Assembly: GCF_964188315.1 (NCBI RefSeq)
Contig: NC_135659.1
Span: 86,118,001 to 86,182,000 of the forward strand
DNA length: 64,000 nt
Source: Podarcis muralis
Taxonomy: Eukaryota
Direction of reading: 5' to 3'
Shown: piece by piece, positions 1 to 13,409 of the stretch
Layout: each line of letters opens with the position of its first letter
How positions within the stretch are numbered: position 1 is the first letter of the stretch
Position numbers and translations under genes: made by a program
Notes under the pieces: model-generated
What the model saw: the letters and a program-made list of their open reading frames with translations, nothing else
What the model was told of the DNA's origin: nothing
Database searches by the model: none

Positions 1-109
1 AAGCCCATAGGGAAATTCGTCTTGCGGAATGACTCAAAAAACGGAAAACCCTTTCGTCTAGCGAGTTTTTCGTCTTGCGAGGCATTCGTCTTGCGGGGCA
101 CCACTGTAC
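1..109. mobile_element. Right end of a MITE of the same family as 44683
   Basis: gcattcgtcttgcggggcaccactgta, cut by the window edge. Confidence 0.8.
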
Positions 110-458
110 TCATATACTCAAAGGTATATGACACCACCCATGTTTTGAGAGGTTTGCCTGAAATGGAGCTTAAAATCCTATTAAAATAAAAGGACATTTT
201 AAGAACATGGGGATGGGGCTTTCTCCACTTACAATTTACAGTGGTGTAGTTGCTGTCTGATCTGATCTTTTTAAATTTTGCAGCTGATTCGTAGCACCTT
301 TGGTCACATGTTGCTGTTGGCAGTGAGTGGGTGTGAGGTCTCCCTTTCTATTCTGCAAGCAGGTTGTATCCAAACTGAGAAAAGCTCCATGGCTGTAGCC
401 ACGCCCCTTGCATTCCTCCAACCAGTCAATGTTGGCATTATGAGCATGTGCCTTTTTG

Positions 459-460
<2 letters not shown>

Positions 461-490
<30 letters not shown>
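461..490. repeat. (CA)n microsatellite
   Basis: Seen directly. Other CA/TG tracts lie at about 27268-27292, 31210-31241, 36215-36257, 50215-50238 and 58872-58898. Confidence 0.95.
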
Positions 491-492
<2 letters not shown>

Positions 493-3050
493 TTAATGCC
501 CAGAATTCTGGAATTCCAATCTTGAGGGAGTATAGGAGATTCAAATGGAAACTATATAGGCTGGATCTAGACACATAGAAGAAGCATTTCAGTTTAAATT
601 GTTGCAAATTTAAACAGGGAAAACGGGTAGCGAAAAATGGGACTCCATTTGGTGGCACAATATTATATTGCACATACAACGCATATAAATCGCTTTTTTA
701 TTTACCAGTCCAGCTGAGTCATATATGCGGCAGTTGTTGTGCTACACCAAACCTGGTTGCCATGATGACATTTTGTCTGCAGCCAAAGATGGCTGTTCTT
801 GGGCAGTGCCCTGACTCAGCAGAAGCAGCATCTCAATCTGCTGAGATGTCTCAGGACCATCAGCTCAATCTGCAGTCTCCTCTGAACTGAGCTTGCAAAT
901 GGGAAGGCCAGAGGGTAGTGGCACAAAGCAGGTGCCTCACAAGCCATGCCCATCAGCCCCAACCCCCTCCACTCAGAAAGCAGGATCCATTCTGGGTTTT
1001 TTTATTTTTGCAGAGAGGAAAAATCTGCTTTTTAAAAAGTAAAATGTGAGGAATTCAATGTCACACTAAGGCAATCGTTCCATCAGGGGAAGCATTTCAG
1101 CTTACTTGAGAGTAGGACCTCTCTCCCCCCCCCCCATGCTGTTCTGGAGGTTCTACATGGGAGGAGGATAGTGGGAGAGAGAGAGAGAGAGAGACCCAGC
1201 AGCTATACTACTATAAATGGTAGGCATGGGAAGACAATAAGATGAACTCTGCTGGGTGAGTCCAAAGGCTCATCTAGCCTAGCATCCTCTTTTCATCAGT
1301 GTGGTCCACCAGATGCATGCAGACATTCTGTGCAAGCAGTGCCTGTTCTCAGCTTCTCAAATTCAGAAGTACAAGTGGCATAGGCAACAAAATGTTGCAG
1401 CATGGACTGTTGCTGATAAAGATTCCAGCCACTCCATTCCATTCCACTCCCCATATTTTCTGTCCCCTCCACAACAAAAAACAACACCCACGAGTCAAAA
1501 TTCCATGGCCACTAAGCATGCTCAGTTCTCGCTGGTTTGTTTTTTCTTTGGAAGGGTCCCCCATTTAAGTCTATTGTTATTAAAGACTTGAACATGAGCA
1601 GAGGGGGCATGTTCACCACCACCCACACTAGTCAACCTTTGTTGCTGACAATGCTCCACAACCCAAGGGTACAATGAGGTGAGTGATAAACTGGCCCCTT
1701 CACCCTCCAGGGGTCTCAGGGTGTTGCTGCCATGGCTAAAAATTGGCTGCTGTTTCTTTAATGCTAAAAGAACTAAATCAGCATGAGTCAACGGCCTATA
1801 ATGACTCATGCAATCATTCACCAAATTGTACCTGTATATATAGAGTGGTCGGTGTTAGTGTTGGGTGTGGGTTGGTTGGATGGTAAAAAGCTGGTTGCGT
1901 TTGGTGTGTGTAAAAAAGGCTGTCAGTTGTGGTTTGAGAGGAAGACTTTTTAAGAATAAAAGTAGCAATACTCTGCAAGAACACTCTTCTCAAAGACTAT
2001 TTTGTGCCAACTAAGATCGAAAGACTAGGCAAAGGAGTAAAAAGGAGGTCAGAACCTTTTCTTTTTCAAACACAAACAGGTTATGGGCCCAGTGTTTCTG
2101 AGCATGTGCAGAGTGCAAAACGACTGGCAGCATCTCAGCAGGGAGCTGGTGAGTCCTGGTGGTGCAGCTGACCATATCTGAATCTGTGCCTACACCCCAT
2201 GCCAGCATGACCCAACAAATATTTAATTCACAAAGCCATCCCAACTGGCTCGGTAAAGTGGAAATGCCCCCAAGCCAACTGGATACAGCCCAAGCAACCC
2301 ATGGCACATGCATCGATCAGTCAGACTAATAATCCAGCTTCTTAATATTTGCCAGTTTGGAGTAGGTTTTTAAAAAAAGGTACATTCGAGGCACATTGCT
2401 GCAAACTTTATTTTATATCCTATTCAGACGTGTCATTAAGTAATCCATGTTCATTTTAAAGGTTTAACTGATTCTTTCTGTGTTTTACTGAAAATTATCT
2501 AGCATATGCTGGGGGTTTTTAAACAGCTTTGTGGATTTTAGATTGGGGGGGGGTTAATCCATCATTGTATTATGAACATTGCTTTGAGAGTTTGGGATCA
2601 GGTGGCCTATACATCTTTCTAAATCAACAAATACAAATTAGTTAATGTGGGTGTAGCCAAAAAAAATCCTACACAGCCCCTTGGAGTGATTGATTATTCC
2701 CACATGATACTAGGCCCTAGGGGGAAGGAGTGTCCCACAGGAAACCAAGAGAAGGTGGGACTGGTTTCTAAGGCTGGCTATGTGACTGAGGCCAGCATCA
2801 CCCCAACATCAGACTGCTAAAGTGAGGAGACCTTCCTTCCCCTACTTTCCTGATGTTCCACCAATCTCCTGCCATAGGCTTGCCACTAGGATTCTTCCTC
2901 TCAGGCCTTGACTTCAATATCTGTTTCTGGTTGTATTCTCACTTGCTCAAAATGTGAGGGATCCCCATTCCAAAATGCTCTTCTCCTCTCACCTTTCTTT
3001 GGATGCTGCTTTGGAAGGCACTTGTTAGGATGTTGGACTAGGACCTCGGG

Positions 3051-3414
3051 GGTAAAGGTAAAGGACCCCTGAGAGTTAAATCCAGTCACGAACAACTCTG
3101 GGGTTGCAGCACTCATCTCACTTTACTGGCCGAGGAAGTCAGCATTTGTCCGCAGACAGTTTTTCTGGGTCATATGGCCAGCATGACTAAGCTGCTTCTG
3201 GCGAAACCAGAGCAGTGCACAGAAACACCGTTTACCTTCCTGCCGGAGTCGTATCTATTTATCTACTTGCACTTGACATGCTTTTGAACTGCTAGGTTGG
3301 CAGGAGCAGGGACCGAGCAATGGGAGCTCACCCCGTCGCGGGGATTCGAACTGCTGACCTTCCATTCGGCAAGCCCTAGGGTCTGTGGTTTAGACCACAG
3401 TGCCACCTGCGTCC
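3051..3414 (-). mobile_element. Sauria SINE inserted into an older tRNA-derived SINE
   Basis: Sauria body and tail, flanked by duplicated taggacctc(g/a)ggg. The host SINE resumes at about 3415-3600. Confidence 0.85.
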
Positions 3415-3719
3415 TGGTAGGACCTCAGGGGACCAGGGTTCAAATCCCCACTTGGACATAAATCTCAGTGGGTGACACTGGGTCAGTCACTGCCTCCTAG
3501 CCTAGCCCTACCACACAGGTTGTTGTGATGATTAAACAAAGAGGAGGATTGCACCCTGAGCTCCTTGGAGGAAAAGGTGGGCTATAAATGCAAAATAATA
3601 ATAAAATATCTCTCTTCCCCCAAACTGCTCTCTCTGCAAATGGGGTGGAATGCATTTCCACAATCCATCTCTTTCTCACTCTCTTCATTCTCCCAGGTTT
3701 CCTCCTCCTAATGCCTCAT

Positions 3720-3968
3720 CAGAGCCAGTGTGGTGTAGTGGTTAAGAGTGGTGGACTCGTAATCTGGTGAACCGGGTTCGCTTCCCCGCTCCTCCACATG
3801 CAGCTGCTGGGTGACCTAGGGCTAGTCATACTTCTCTGAAGTCTCTCAGCCTCACTCACCTCACAGAGTGTTTGTTGTTGGGGAGGAAGGGAAAAGAGAT
3901 TGTTAGCTGCTTTGAGACTCCTTAGGGTAGTGATAAAGTGGGATATCAAATCCAAACTCTTCTTCTTC
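3720..3968 (+). mobile_element. tRNA-derived SINE (Squam3-like)
   Basis: Head gagccagtgtggtgtagtggttaagag (A-box) and gggttcgcttccc (B-box-like), with a (TTC)n tail. Family name is from memory. Confidence 0.8.
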
Positions 3969-4224
3969 ATCAAGTCCATACATCCCTCTCTACATTCCTG
4001 CATAATCTCTGCACACTGAGGGGAAAAGTGTGATCGCCAGCCTGACCTGATTTACTGCTGGCGAGCCCTTCTGCAAAGACATATATAGGCAGAGCAGTAC
4101 AGTTCTGCTCACACAAGAGAGAGGGGAAAGGGAAGTGGCTTTCATGAATCCCATCCTCCCTCTGCAGGTAAAATGTAAATGACCCCCTTGACTGTTAAGA
4201 AAAGACGACTATGGTGTTGCAGCA

Positions 4225-4745
4225 CACATCTCGCTTTCAGGCTGAGGGAGCCGGTGTTTGTCCACAGACAGCTTTCTTGGTCATGTGGCCAGCATGACTA
4301 AGCTGCTTCTGGCGCAACAGAACCCCATGACAGAAGCCAGAGCGCACAGAAATGCTGTTTACCTTCCTGCCGCAGCAGTGTGGTGTAGTGGTTAAGAGCG
4401 GTAGTCTCGTAATCTGGGGAACCGGGTTCGCGTCTCCGCTCCTCCACCTGCAGCTGCTGGGTGACCTTGGGCCAGTCACACTTCTCTGAAGTCTCTCAGC
4501 CCCACTCACCTCACAAAGTGTTTGTTGTGGGGGAGGAAGGGAAAGGAGAATGTTAGCTGCTTTGAGACTCCTTAAAGGAAGTGAAAGGCGGGATATCAAA
4601 TCCAAACTCTTCTTCTTCTTCTCCTTCTTCTTCTTCTTCTTCTTCTTCTTCTTCTTCTTCTCTATTTGCACTGGTATGCTTTTGAACCACTAGGTTGGCA
4701 GAAGCCCAAGAGGCTCAGTGGTTTAGACACAGCGCCACCCGCGAT
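4225..4745 (-). mobile_element. Degenerate Sauria SINE interrupted by a Squam3-like SINE
   Basis: Sauria segments at about 4225-4375 and 4661-4745 flank the insert. Confidence 0.75.
4376..4660 (+). mobile_element. Squam3-like SINE with long (TTC)n tail
   Basis: Near-identical to the copies at 3720, 48905 and 59793. Confidence 0.85.
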
Positions 4746-5453
4746 ACTGTGTGTTCCTCAGAAAGGGGTCCTTTGGAACAGCACTCCAAGCTTTAGGGCC
4801 AAAGGGGAATTGTTTCCCCACATCCTTCTTCCATTATGTAGACTCAACCATATTCCAGTTCCTTCTGTGAATGGAAAGAGCCCTTCTGTTCACAAAGGGG
4901 CAGGGCTGGGTCAAACGCAGTCATTTTTCAGTCCTACTGATTTCACTGTTGCACTCAGATCTTGCTCATGGGCTTCTCAGACACATCTGAATGGCCATTG
5001 AATTGGACAAGGGACTAAATGTGTCTGGCCTGATCCAGAAAGCTGTTCTTATGCTGTTACATCAAATGCATGCTTCCTTTCATTGTGCTCATAGCATTTA
5101 TTATCATGAAATTACTTCCAACACTCCCCAATGTGAGATTCACAGAAAAGTTGTAGCACATAATTAGAATGCAAGCACTCTCTTTATTTTGAACTCTCAA
5201 GGCCATATCTTGAACTGGTGAGCAACATTGTTATCTTAAAATGTCACTGAAATCCATTTGCTATTGGCCAAGTTGAGCTATTTGCTGTTTCCTAACTCAT
5301 CAACATGGGTGCATTTAAACTATTTCTATTTACAATAGAAAATGGATTTTCGCTATTATCCATTTATCTATATATATTTTTTAGGGAAATGGGGAAGGGG
5401 AGAAGGAAGGAATGAAATGCTAACAAATGTGTTCCAACAGATTTTTTGAATCA

Positions 5454-5576
<123 letters not shown>

Positions 5577-5829
5577 CTACAAATTAAAGAGAGAGGAAAT
5601 AAGAATTAATGGAAGCATTCTGTGTTCTTGGGGGGAAATATAATTAATTTGCAACAGACACAAAATTTCTCACCATGCCTACACATCTAAAGCCAAGGTG
5701 TTAATTTTTAACCCCAATACTAATTTATTGTACATAAAATTAAGATTTCCAGACATAAGAAATATTTTCCCCAGCAAGATTAAACTGGCCTAGACATCCT
5801 TTCTTTAAGGTTACAATTCTGTGCATGCT

Positions 5830-6165
5830 TAGTTCATACCCTCCAACATTTCTCCGAGGAAAATAGGGACATGCCATTCCATAATGATAATTTTACTATA
5901 GATACCCCACACATCTTACTGGGTTGCTTCAGCCACTCTGGGCAGCTTCCAACATATATAAAAATATTAAACATTTTTTTAAAATTCCCTATACAGGAAT
6001 GCCTTCAGACATCTTGGGGGGGTCAGATAACTCCATACCCTGCATTTCTCCAATGAAAATAGGGACATCCTAAGGAAAGGTGGGACATTCTGGGATCAAA
6101 TCTGAAACCGGGACGGCATCTCTAAATCAGGGGCATCCCTAGAAAATAGGGACTCCTAGAAGGCC
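5830..6165. mobile_element. Composite MITE-like element (cataccctccaac ends) enclosing an L2 3' fragment
   Basis: The cataccctccaacatttctcc...aaaatagggac motif occurs twice around an L2-tail-like piece. A related copy lies at about 58640-59157. Confidence 0.5.
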
Positions 6166-6170
6166 TGTTA

Positions 6171-6518
6171 GGTAAAGGACCCCTGACCATTAGGTCCAGT
6201 CGTGGCTGACTCTGGAGTTGCGATGCTCATCTCGCTTTATTGGCCAAGGGAGCCGGCGTACAGCTTCTGGGTCATGTGGCCAGCATGACTAAGCTGCTTA
6301 TGGCGAACCAGAGCAGCACACGGAAATGCCGTTTACCTTCCCGCCAGAGCGGTACCTATTTATCTACTTGCACTTTGATGTGCTTTCGAATTGCTAGGTT
6401 GGCAGGAGCAGGGACCGAGCAACGGGAGCTCACCCTGTCGCGGGGATTCAAACCGCCAACCTTCTGATCAGCAAGTCCTAGGCTCTGTGGTTTAACCCAC
6501 AGCGCCACCCGCGTCCCT
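6171..6518 (-). mobile_element. Sauria SINE with TSD gaaggcctgttag
   Basis: Full body. TSD at 6159-6171 and 6521-6533. Confidence 0.9.
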
Positions 6519-7507
6519 TGGAAGGCCTGTTAGTTCAGGTCAAATGGGCCTGCTTTTGAGTTTGCCAGGATAAGGTCCACAATGCACAGGCTGTATCCTG
6601 AAAACTGAACAGCTCCTTAGTTCCACTAAAGCTCTTGCTGAGTTTTAAGTACTGCAGAGTTTTAAGCCACCTCATCATAGTGAGGGGATAGGCTCCTGTT
6701 TTTAAAATCTGTTTTGCAGCACAATTCTGGTGATGTAAGCCCCACCACAGTAGCCAGGTAGGCACAAGCAGAGCACACAGAATGCCGACAGCTGCATCAG
6801 CAGCACAAAGGCATGATGTTACACCAGCATTACAGTGATGCAGCACAATGCTTCTGACACTGCAGGACGATCTGCCCGTGCAAATATTTACAGTTAGGGC
6901 ATACTCCTCAAACCAATTATGTCCTGATGCTAGATGTCGATGGTCTATACCTAGATTAAAGAAGTGAGCTCCTTGCACATCGGGTTCACTAGGGACATAA
7001 CTTTAAATGCAGCATGGGAGATTTTCAAAATTATGGCAAACTTGTAAAAGAATGATCTAACAAGACAATCCAAGCCCCAGCTAGTAGGCCATGGCAGGGC
7101 ATGGCAAAGCAGCAAAGCGACTGCTATATCCACAACTCTGGGTGTATATAGGTCAGAAAGCCCTGGGGGCATGTCAAGGAATCTCCTTTCACCATCAGGC
7201 TTTTGCTTTCTTTGTTTCTTTTATGTCTATTTATGGATATATATTTTTGAGTACAAGTCTCACAGGTAATTAACAGTGCTGCTACAAAAAATTAGGCACA
7301 TCTAATAGCCATAACGTTATGCTCAAAAGATGCTGTCCACGTTCTCTGCTGTTGTGCCCAACCTGTTCTATTTCGTAGATGCCACAACACACTAGCTGCC
7401 AATAGCACCACCACCCAAAAAATCAGCGCTGAATAGGTATAGGGAAAACTGTTTCCCTTATGGCAATCTGATCCATGGACTACCCTGGAGCTACCTTTGA
7501 AGGTGAC

Positions 7508-8030
7508 CTAGAAACTACAACTAATCCAGAATGTGGCAGCTAGACTGGTGACTGGGAGTGGCCACCAAGACCACATACCACCAGTCCTGAAAGACCTACA
7601 TTGGCTCCTAGTACGTTTCCGAGCACAATTCAAAGTGATGGTGCTGACCTTTAAAGCCCTAAACGGTCTTGGCCCAGTATACCTGAAAAAGCATCTCCAC
7701 CCCCATCGTTCAGCCCGGACACTGAGGTCCAGCTCCAAGGGCCTTCTGGTGGTTCCCTCCCTGCGAGGAGTGAGGTTACAGGGAACCAGACAGAGGGCCT
7801 TCTCGGTAGTAGCGCCCACCCTGTGGAACACCCTCCCACCAGATGTCAAGGAAATAAACAACTACCTGATTTTAGAAAACATCTGAAGGCAGCCCTGTTT
7901 AGGGAAGTTTTTAATGTTTGATGTTTTATTGTGTTTTTAATATTCTGTTGTGAGCCGCCCAGAGTGGCTGGGAAACCCAGCCAGATGGGCAGGGTATAGA
8001 TAATTGTTATTATTATATTATTATATATAT
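7508..8030 (+). mobile_element. L2 LINE 3' fragment
   Basis: Encodes AARLVTGSG..DHI.PVLKDLHWL..RFR..FK, the typical L2 ORF2 C-terminus, and ends in an (ATT)n tail. Confidence 0.85.
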
Positions 8031-8718
8031 ATGGAGAGATGAGTGGGAGCCAATAAGGATCCAAAGAGGTGGATAGGGTTAGGATCTGGGCTTTTATGCC
8101 TCCCTACTATCTCAATCCCACATTGGTTGGTTGGTTTGCAGGAACATCCCCACAATAGCCCTTGCATGCCCTTCGCCACAATACCACCCCCAACCCCACC
8201 CCTAACACCTTTCCATATTGTTAAAGCAGTGTGATTATTGGGAAGGAAGACCTTCCGATGTCCAGTTGAGTACAGACCCAATTTGGATGATCTCCAGTGT
8301 GGTAAAAGCACTAGATGTGCAGGGGGTATGGTTGTGCATGCACACAAACTGCTATGTATGTGCATAATGTGCCATCCATCACATGTCTACCGGGCATTAC
8401 ACACATCTGTCTGCTTCACACAGTCTTTCCATGCCCTTATTGAAATCTGCACATGCATTCCTTTCCTGTATTGCAACACAGAGTGTTCGCATATATCAAA
8501 TGATGCACTTGTGACATCATATATATGCCTGGTGTGAGCTGCATGCATAAGTCCAAGCCACACTCTGTGTAATAGTACACTTGAGCCATGGGAGCACTTA
8601 TTTTCATAGAATAGCCCCAATTAGCTGGCTTCCCATAAACAAAGGGATTCAGGGATTTATTTGAAGTGCTTCAACTTAGAAGAGCTTGAATGGAAAGGGC
8701 AGTTGTGCTTCCAAAGGG

Positions 8719-8719
<1 letters not shown>

Positions 8720-8756
<37 letters not shown>

Positions 8757-8757
8757 T
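8720..8757. repeat. (AAT)n microsatellite
   Basis: Seen directly. Confidence 0.95.
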
Positions 8758-10239
8758 GCATGGAACTGAATGGGAAAGCCCATTTCTGCAGGAACTTCAC
8801 AGGTATATCAGAGCAAGCAACGGGTTTTGGAGCATAGGGAACAATGATCATTAAGGAGACTGCAGGTATAGTCAACTACAGAAAGATAAGATCCCCTTAT
8901 GTCTCTTGCAGACATAAATCCTGGCCTTTCTTTGGGTAGCTTTGGGAATGGCTGGGTTGTGTTACAAATGGGTCCAATCCACAGAAAGTCAGGCATGTGT
9001 GAGCCCTATTGATTTTAATGGAATTTATTTCTCAGTCCTAAACACAGCCTTTAAAAATTAGCCTCATTGATCTCAAGGAAGTGTACTTCCCAATAAGTGG
9101 CTTTGGGCTGCAGTTTATAACTGGAAAAGCAAACCTATTGATCAAAATGGGGCATGTGTGTATATATATATTGTTCAAGATTCTAACCTTTAAATCCTTG
9201 CATAACTTTGAGATCACTTGCTCTAGTACATATCTCCCCCTGCCCTTATATCATCAAATGAAGCCCTCATTTTACCCAGCTTTAAACTACAAAGGAGCAC
9301 AACTGGACCATTTAAGGTGTTCTTCCTATGGAGGTTAGGATGCCCCCTCCCTCTCAAAACATTTCAACCACCACTAAAGAAAACTATTTGTTTTCTTAGG
9401 CATAAGCTGGGCTTGGAAGAGGTTGTGGGTGGTGCTTTGTTGGTTGCTTTGCAGCATTCATTTTATTCATGTTTCATTTTAATTGTGGATTTTGTTGTGT
9501 TTTATTATTACCCACATTGTTGATTTTAGCGCTTCTTGGTTGGCAATTAAGAAAAGGGAGGGAGCGAGGGAGCGAGAAATCTTGATCTGAATTGCAGCAC
9601 AAAACCTCCCCAGTGTATATGCATGGCTTCCACAGCTGACTATGGAGGTGACAGGCAAAGATCTATAAACACTCAGGGTCCTTTTCATTTCTGTAGGCAT
9701 TGATCAAAGCATCCTTCTTAGGAAAGTTACTTTGCTGAATCATGGGTCAATGTGTTCAGGATTGTGGAACTAAACTGGAGAAATCACTGACTAGCCCTAG
9801 GGTCTTCAGTCTGGCTCCAGGAAAAGGATCTGAGGGTAAATTCTTTCATAATATTAGTGCTCAAATTACGAGAGAAGAGGTGGGCATGTTAATGAAACCC
9901 ACAAGCTTCACTCTTATCTTGTCTCAGTTTTAACCATATTATGGTCCCCAGACCCTGGGGGTGGCAGCTCATATGATAAGGCCATTAAGCTCCTCTAGCT
10001 CCCTATAATTCTAGCACAGCTAGCCTGTTGGACAAGGTAAAATGCTCCGGTGCTTCCAAAACTGATCCCTGCATTCAGATATTCTTTCAGATTTAAAAAT
10101 AAAATAAAAACTATTAATATTTGGCACCCAGCACATGATGGTGTTGTTTCCCCAAGACAACATTCGCCCCAGACAACAGTGGCCGTTCAAAAAGAAACTG
10201 TTCCATGCAGAAAAGTCATCCTGTTTTGTCATCATCATC

Positions 10240-10945
10240 ATCATCATCATCATATATTATTTATACCCCGCCCATCTGGCTGGGTTTCCTCAGCCACTCT
10301 GGGCGGCTTCCAACCAAATATTAAAAACAATACAGCATCAAACATTAAAAACTTCCCTAAACAGGGCTGCCTTCAGTTGACTTTTAAAAGTAAAATGGTT
10401 GCTTATTGCCTTGACATCAGCTGGGAGGACATTCCACAGGGCAGGCGCCACTACCAAGAAGGCCCTCTGCCTGGTTCCCTGTAACCTCACTTCTCGCAGC
10501 GAGGGAACCACCAGAAGGTCGTTGGTGCTGGACCTCAGTGTCCGGGCTGGATGATGGGGGTGGAGATGTTCCTTCAGGTATACAGGACCGAGGCCGTTTA
10601 GGGCTTTAAGGTCAGCACCAACACTTTGAATTGTGCTCAGAAACGTACTGGGAGCCAATGAAGATCTTTCAGGACAGGTGTTATATGGTCTCGGCGGCCA
10701 CTCCCAGTCACCAGTCTAGCTGCCTCATTCTGGATTAATTGCAGTTTCTGAGTCACCTTCAAAGGTAGCCCTACATAGAGAGCATTGCAGTAGTCCAAGC
10801 GGGAGATAACTAGCGCATGCACCACTCTGGCAAGACAGTCTGTGGGCAGATAAGGTCTCAGCCTGCATACCAGATGGAGCTGGTAGACAGCTGCCCTGGA
10901 CACAGAATTAACCTGTGCCTCCATGGACAGCTGTGAGTCCAAAAT
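10240..10945 (-). mobile_element. L2 LINE 3' fragment
   Basis: Encodes VHALVISRLDYCNALYVGLP...AARLVTGSGRRDHITPVLKDLHWLP. Same family as 7508, opposite orientation. Confidence 0.88.
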
Positions 10946-11859
10946 CTGTTAAGACTGTCTGCAGATCTGCAGTTGAGGACAACTGAGTTCAAAGTGGATC
11001 TGGGAGCATTATAATAAACATGTGCTGTAAAATCAACACAAGCTTATCAACCTGAGTGGTCTCAGGAGACCTGTTTGCATCAGATCCCAAAATGTTTCAG
11101 TAATAGTGTACATTATTGCACTTGTAACAGGGGTGGGGAACATGTGGTCCTCCTGATGTTGCTAAACAGTTCTCATCAATGGCCATGCTGGCTGGAACTG
11201 AGGAGGAGCTGGCAGTCGAACCATATCTAGAGGGACACAGGTTCCCCATTCCCCACTCCAATGAAATTATACTGACATGGCACCTGGGATGCCACCTTGA
11301 GCACTTAATTCCTGACCTTAGGATAGGCCTATCTCTATCTGCCTCCCTCACTGATCTCTAATAAAAGCATATTTTCTTAAAATAGCAACAACAGCAACAA
11401 CAACCCTACTAGGAATCTTTTATGATGAAATGTTCCTATTCTTTGTTGGTCTCAATTTAAAATTAAAGAAGTGATGAAAATCGACTCAATTGTTGTTTTT
11501 TTAATTAGATCTCACATACTTGAGAGGCAGGCTACTTATTAGCCACAGAGGAAGTGACCATGATTCAGTGGTAAAACTGCTTGGAATGATTTCATTGAAT
11601 TTCAAAGTAATGTCACCTCCCCCTTTTTCTTCAAGACCCTCCTTAAAATCCACCTTCCCATGAAGACTAGAGCTTAACTCAGGGATGGCGCTCATGTGTG
11701 CAGTTCTCCAGACACTGAATCCCATCATTCCAAGTGAGCAGGGCTAAAGGATGAGGATGATGGCAGCTGTAGTCCATGTCTGGAGAGCCCCCAGTCCCTC
11801 AGCCCTGTCTTAACTCCTTACTGCTCAGCCTCTGCTCAAATGATGGCTAGGTACATATA

Positions 11860-12120
11860 AGAACCTAATAAGAGCCTCCTGGATCAAGCCAAGGGCTCTT
11901 CAAGTCCAGCATCCTATTCTCACAGTGGCCAACCAGAGCCACAACAACATTCTGCCCAACTGCAGTTTCTAGCTACTGGTATTCAGGAGCATTGCTGCCT
12001 CTAAATGTAGAGGCAGGACATGGGCATTAGGCTCAGTAGCTATTGGTGGGCTATAAGAGTCTAATCCTCATTTAAAGCCACTCGATGGCCACCACTGCTT
12101 CTCGTGGGAGCAAACTATGA
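11860..12120 (-). mobile_element. CR1-type 3' end repeat
   Basis: taagaacctaataagagcctcctggatc...agtccagcatcctattctcacagtggccaaccag. Related copies at about 27430-27700 and 54780-54900. Confidence 0.6.
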
Positions 12121-12219
12121 GCTGGCTAGAGAAGTACTTTCTTTTACCTTCCTTATTCATTTTATTGCATTTATACCCCATCTTTTTCTCCATGGAGTAC
12201 AATGTAGTAGCAGCAGCAG

Positions 12220-12221
12220 CA

Positions 12222-12271
<50 letters not shown>

Positions 12272-12330
12272 CTTATACTCCACCCATCTGACTGGGTTGC
12301 CCCAGCCACTCTGGGTGGCTTCCAGCATAA
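12220..12330 (-). mobile_element. L2 3' tail with (AAT)n microsatellite
   Basis: cccatctgactgggttgccccagccactctggg motif preceded by (ATT)n. Confidence 0.7.
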
Positions 12331-13409
12331 TAATGGTTTTCCCTTTCCGCATTTAATCCTCAACAACAACCCTGTGAGGTGAATAGTCTGGGAGACAGTG
12401 ACTGGCCCAAAGTCTGTGTGGAGACTTGAACCCTGGTCTCACAGGTCCTAGTCTGAATCTCTAACCACTACACTATACTGGCTCTCTAGTTGTATTTGCT
12501 CACTTTCATCACTTGTTAGCCATACTTCTCTTCCCTCCCTGCTGCTTTTTTTTCCCCTCGCCAACTGAGGCAGCAATCTTATGCCCACCTGTCTGGAAGT
12601 AAACCGCATTGAACTCAATGGCACTACTTCTAAGTACACATGAATCGGATCACATTGTCAGTGTAATATAGTGAGAAGGTAAGAAACTGAGCAGTGATTC
12701 ATGCATTCCTTGGTTGGAATCTCACCTCTGCCAAAAGCTCATCCAATGACCAGGGGCACACTTTTCTACTCAGCCTCCCACCTGCAATATGGGGGTGATT
12801 GTGCTGATCTACCTACCCTACAGGGTTGTTGTACGGATTATCAGGACTGACCCAAGGCATTTTGCAGCCTGAGGCAATGAAGAAAATGGTGCCCTCCACT
12901 CCAAGTTTAGCTATAAAAGAACATGATCATTTAAATCAGTAGATGGCGTAAACATAATCCACTGTATTATGCTGCCTGCCTCCTCTTTCCATAAATTTAT
13001 GGATAAGATATTCCAAAACTGAAAGAACTGAGGTGGGGCCAGAGATAAAATATTTGCTATGAGGTATAGTATGTTTCTGCATCACACCCCTTTTGCTGCA
13101 TGCCCAGCACATGCTCCTTGAGGTGGCCACCTCATTTTACCTAATGGTAGGACTGGCCCTGAAGACTGCAACCAATGTGAAGTATTACAGTTATTCCTCT
13201 TCTTATATTGTAAGCTCCTTGGAGAAGTTCCAATGTGTGTATGTTACCCTGTGGAGTTCTCGTTATACACGGATGACATCATAATATATTGATAATACTC
13301 TTGAGAAGATGAAAAGGAAGAGGTAGAAGAGGAGGAGGGGGAAATGGTAGCAATGTACGTTTTAAACCTAAAGTCTGAGGCCCAATCTACAGCATCTTTT
13401 GGGGAAGGG

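Noticed and set aside
236-679. 147-aa ORF as a possible CBLN4 exon 3
   Set aside because: It lacks the expected VNLMLNGKPVISAFAGD...FSGFLVFPL sequence and includes a CA-repeat translation. Exon 3 probably lies outside the window.
3720-3790. tRNA gene
   Set aside because: It is the tRNA-like head of a SINE and continues into a SINE body and tail without a complete cloverleaf.
12068-12382. Poly-Ile, poly-Tyr, poly-His and poly-Lys ORFs
   Set aside because: Translations of microsatellite tails of LINEs and SINEs.
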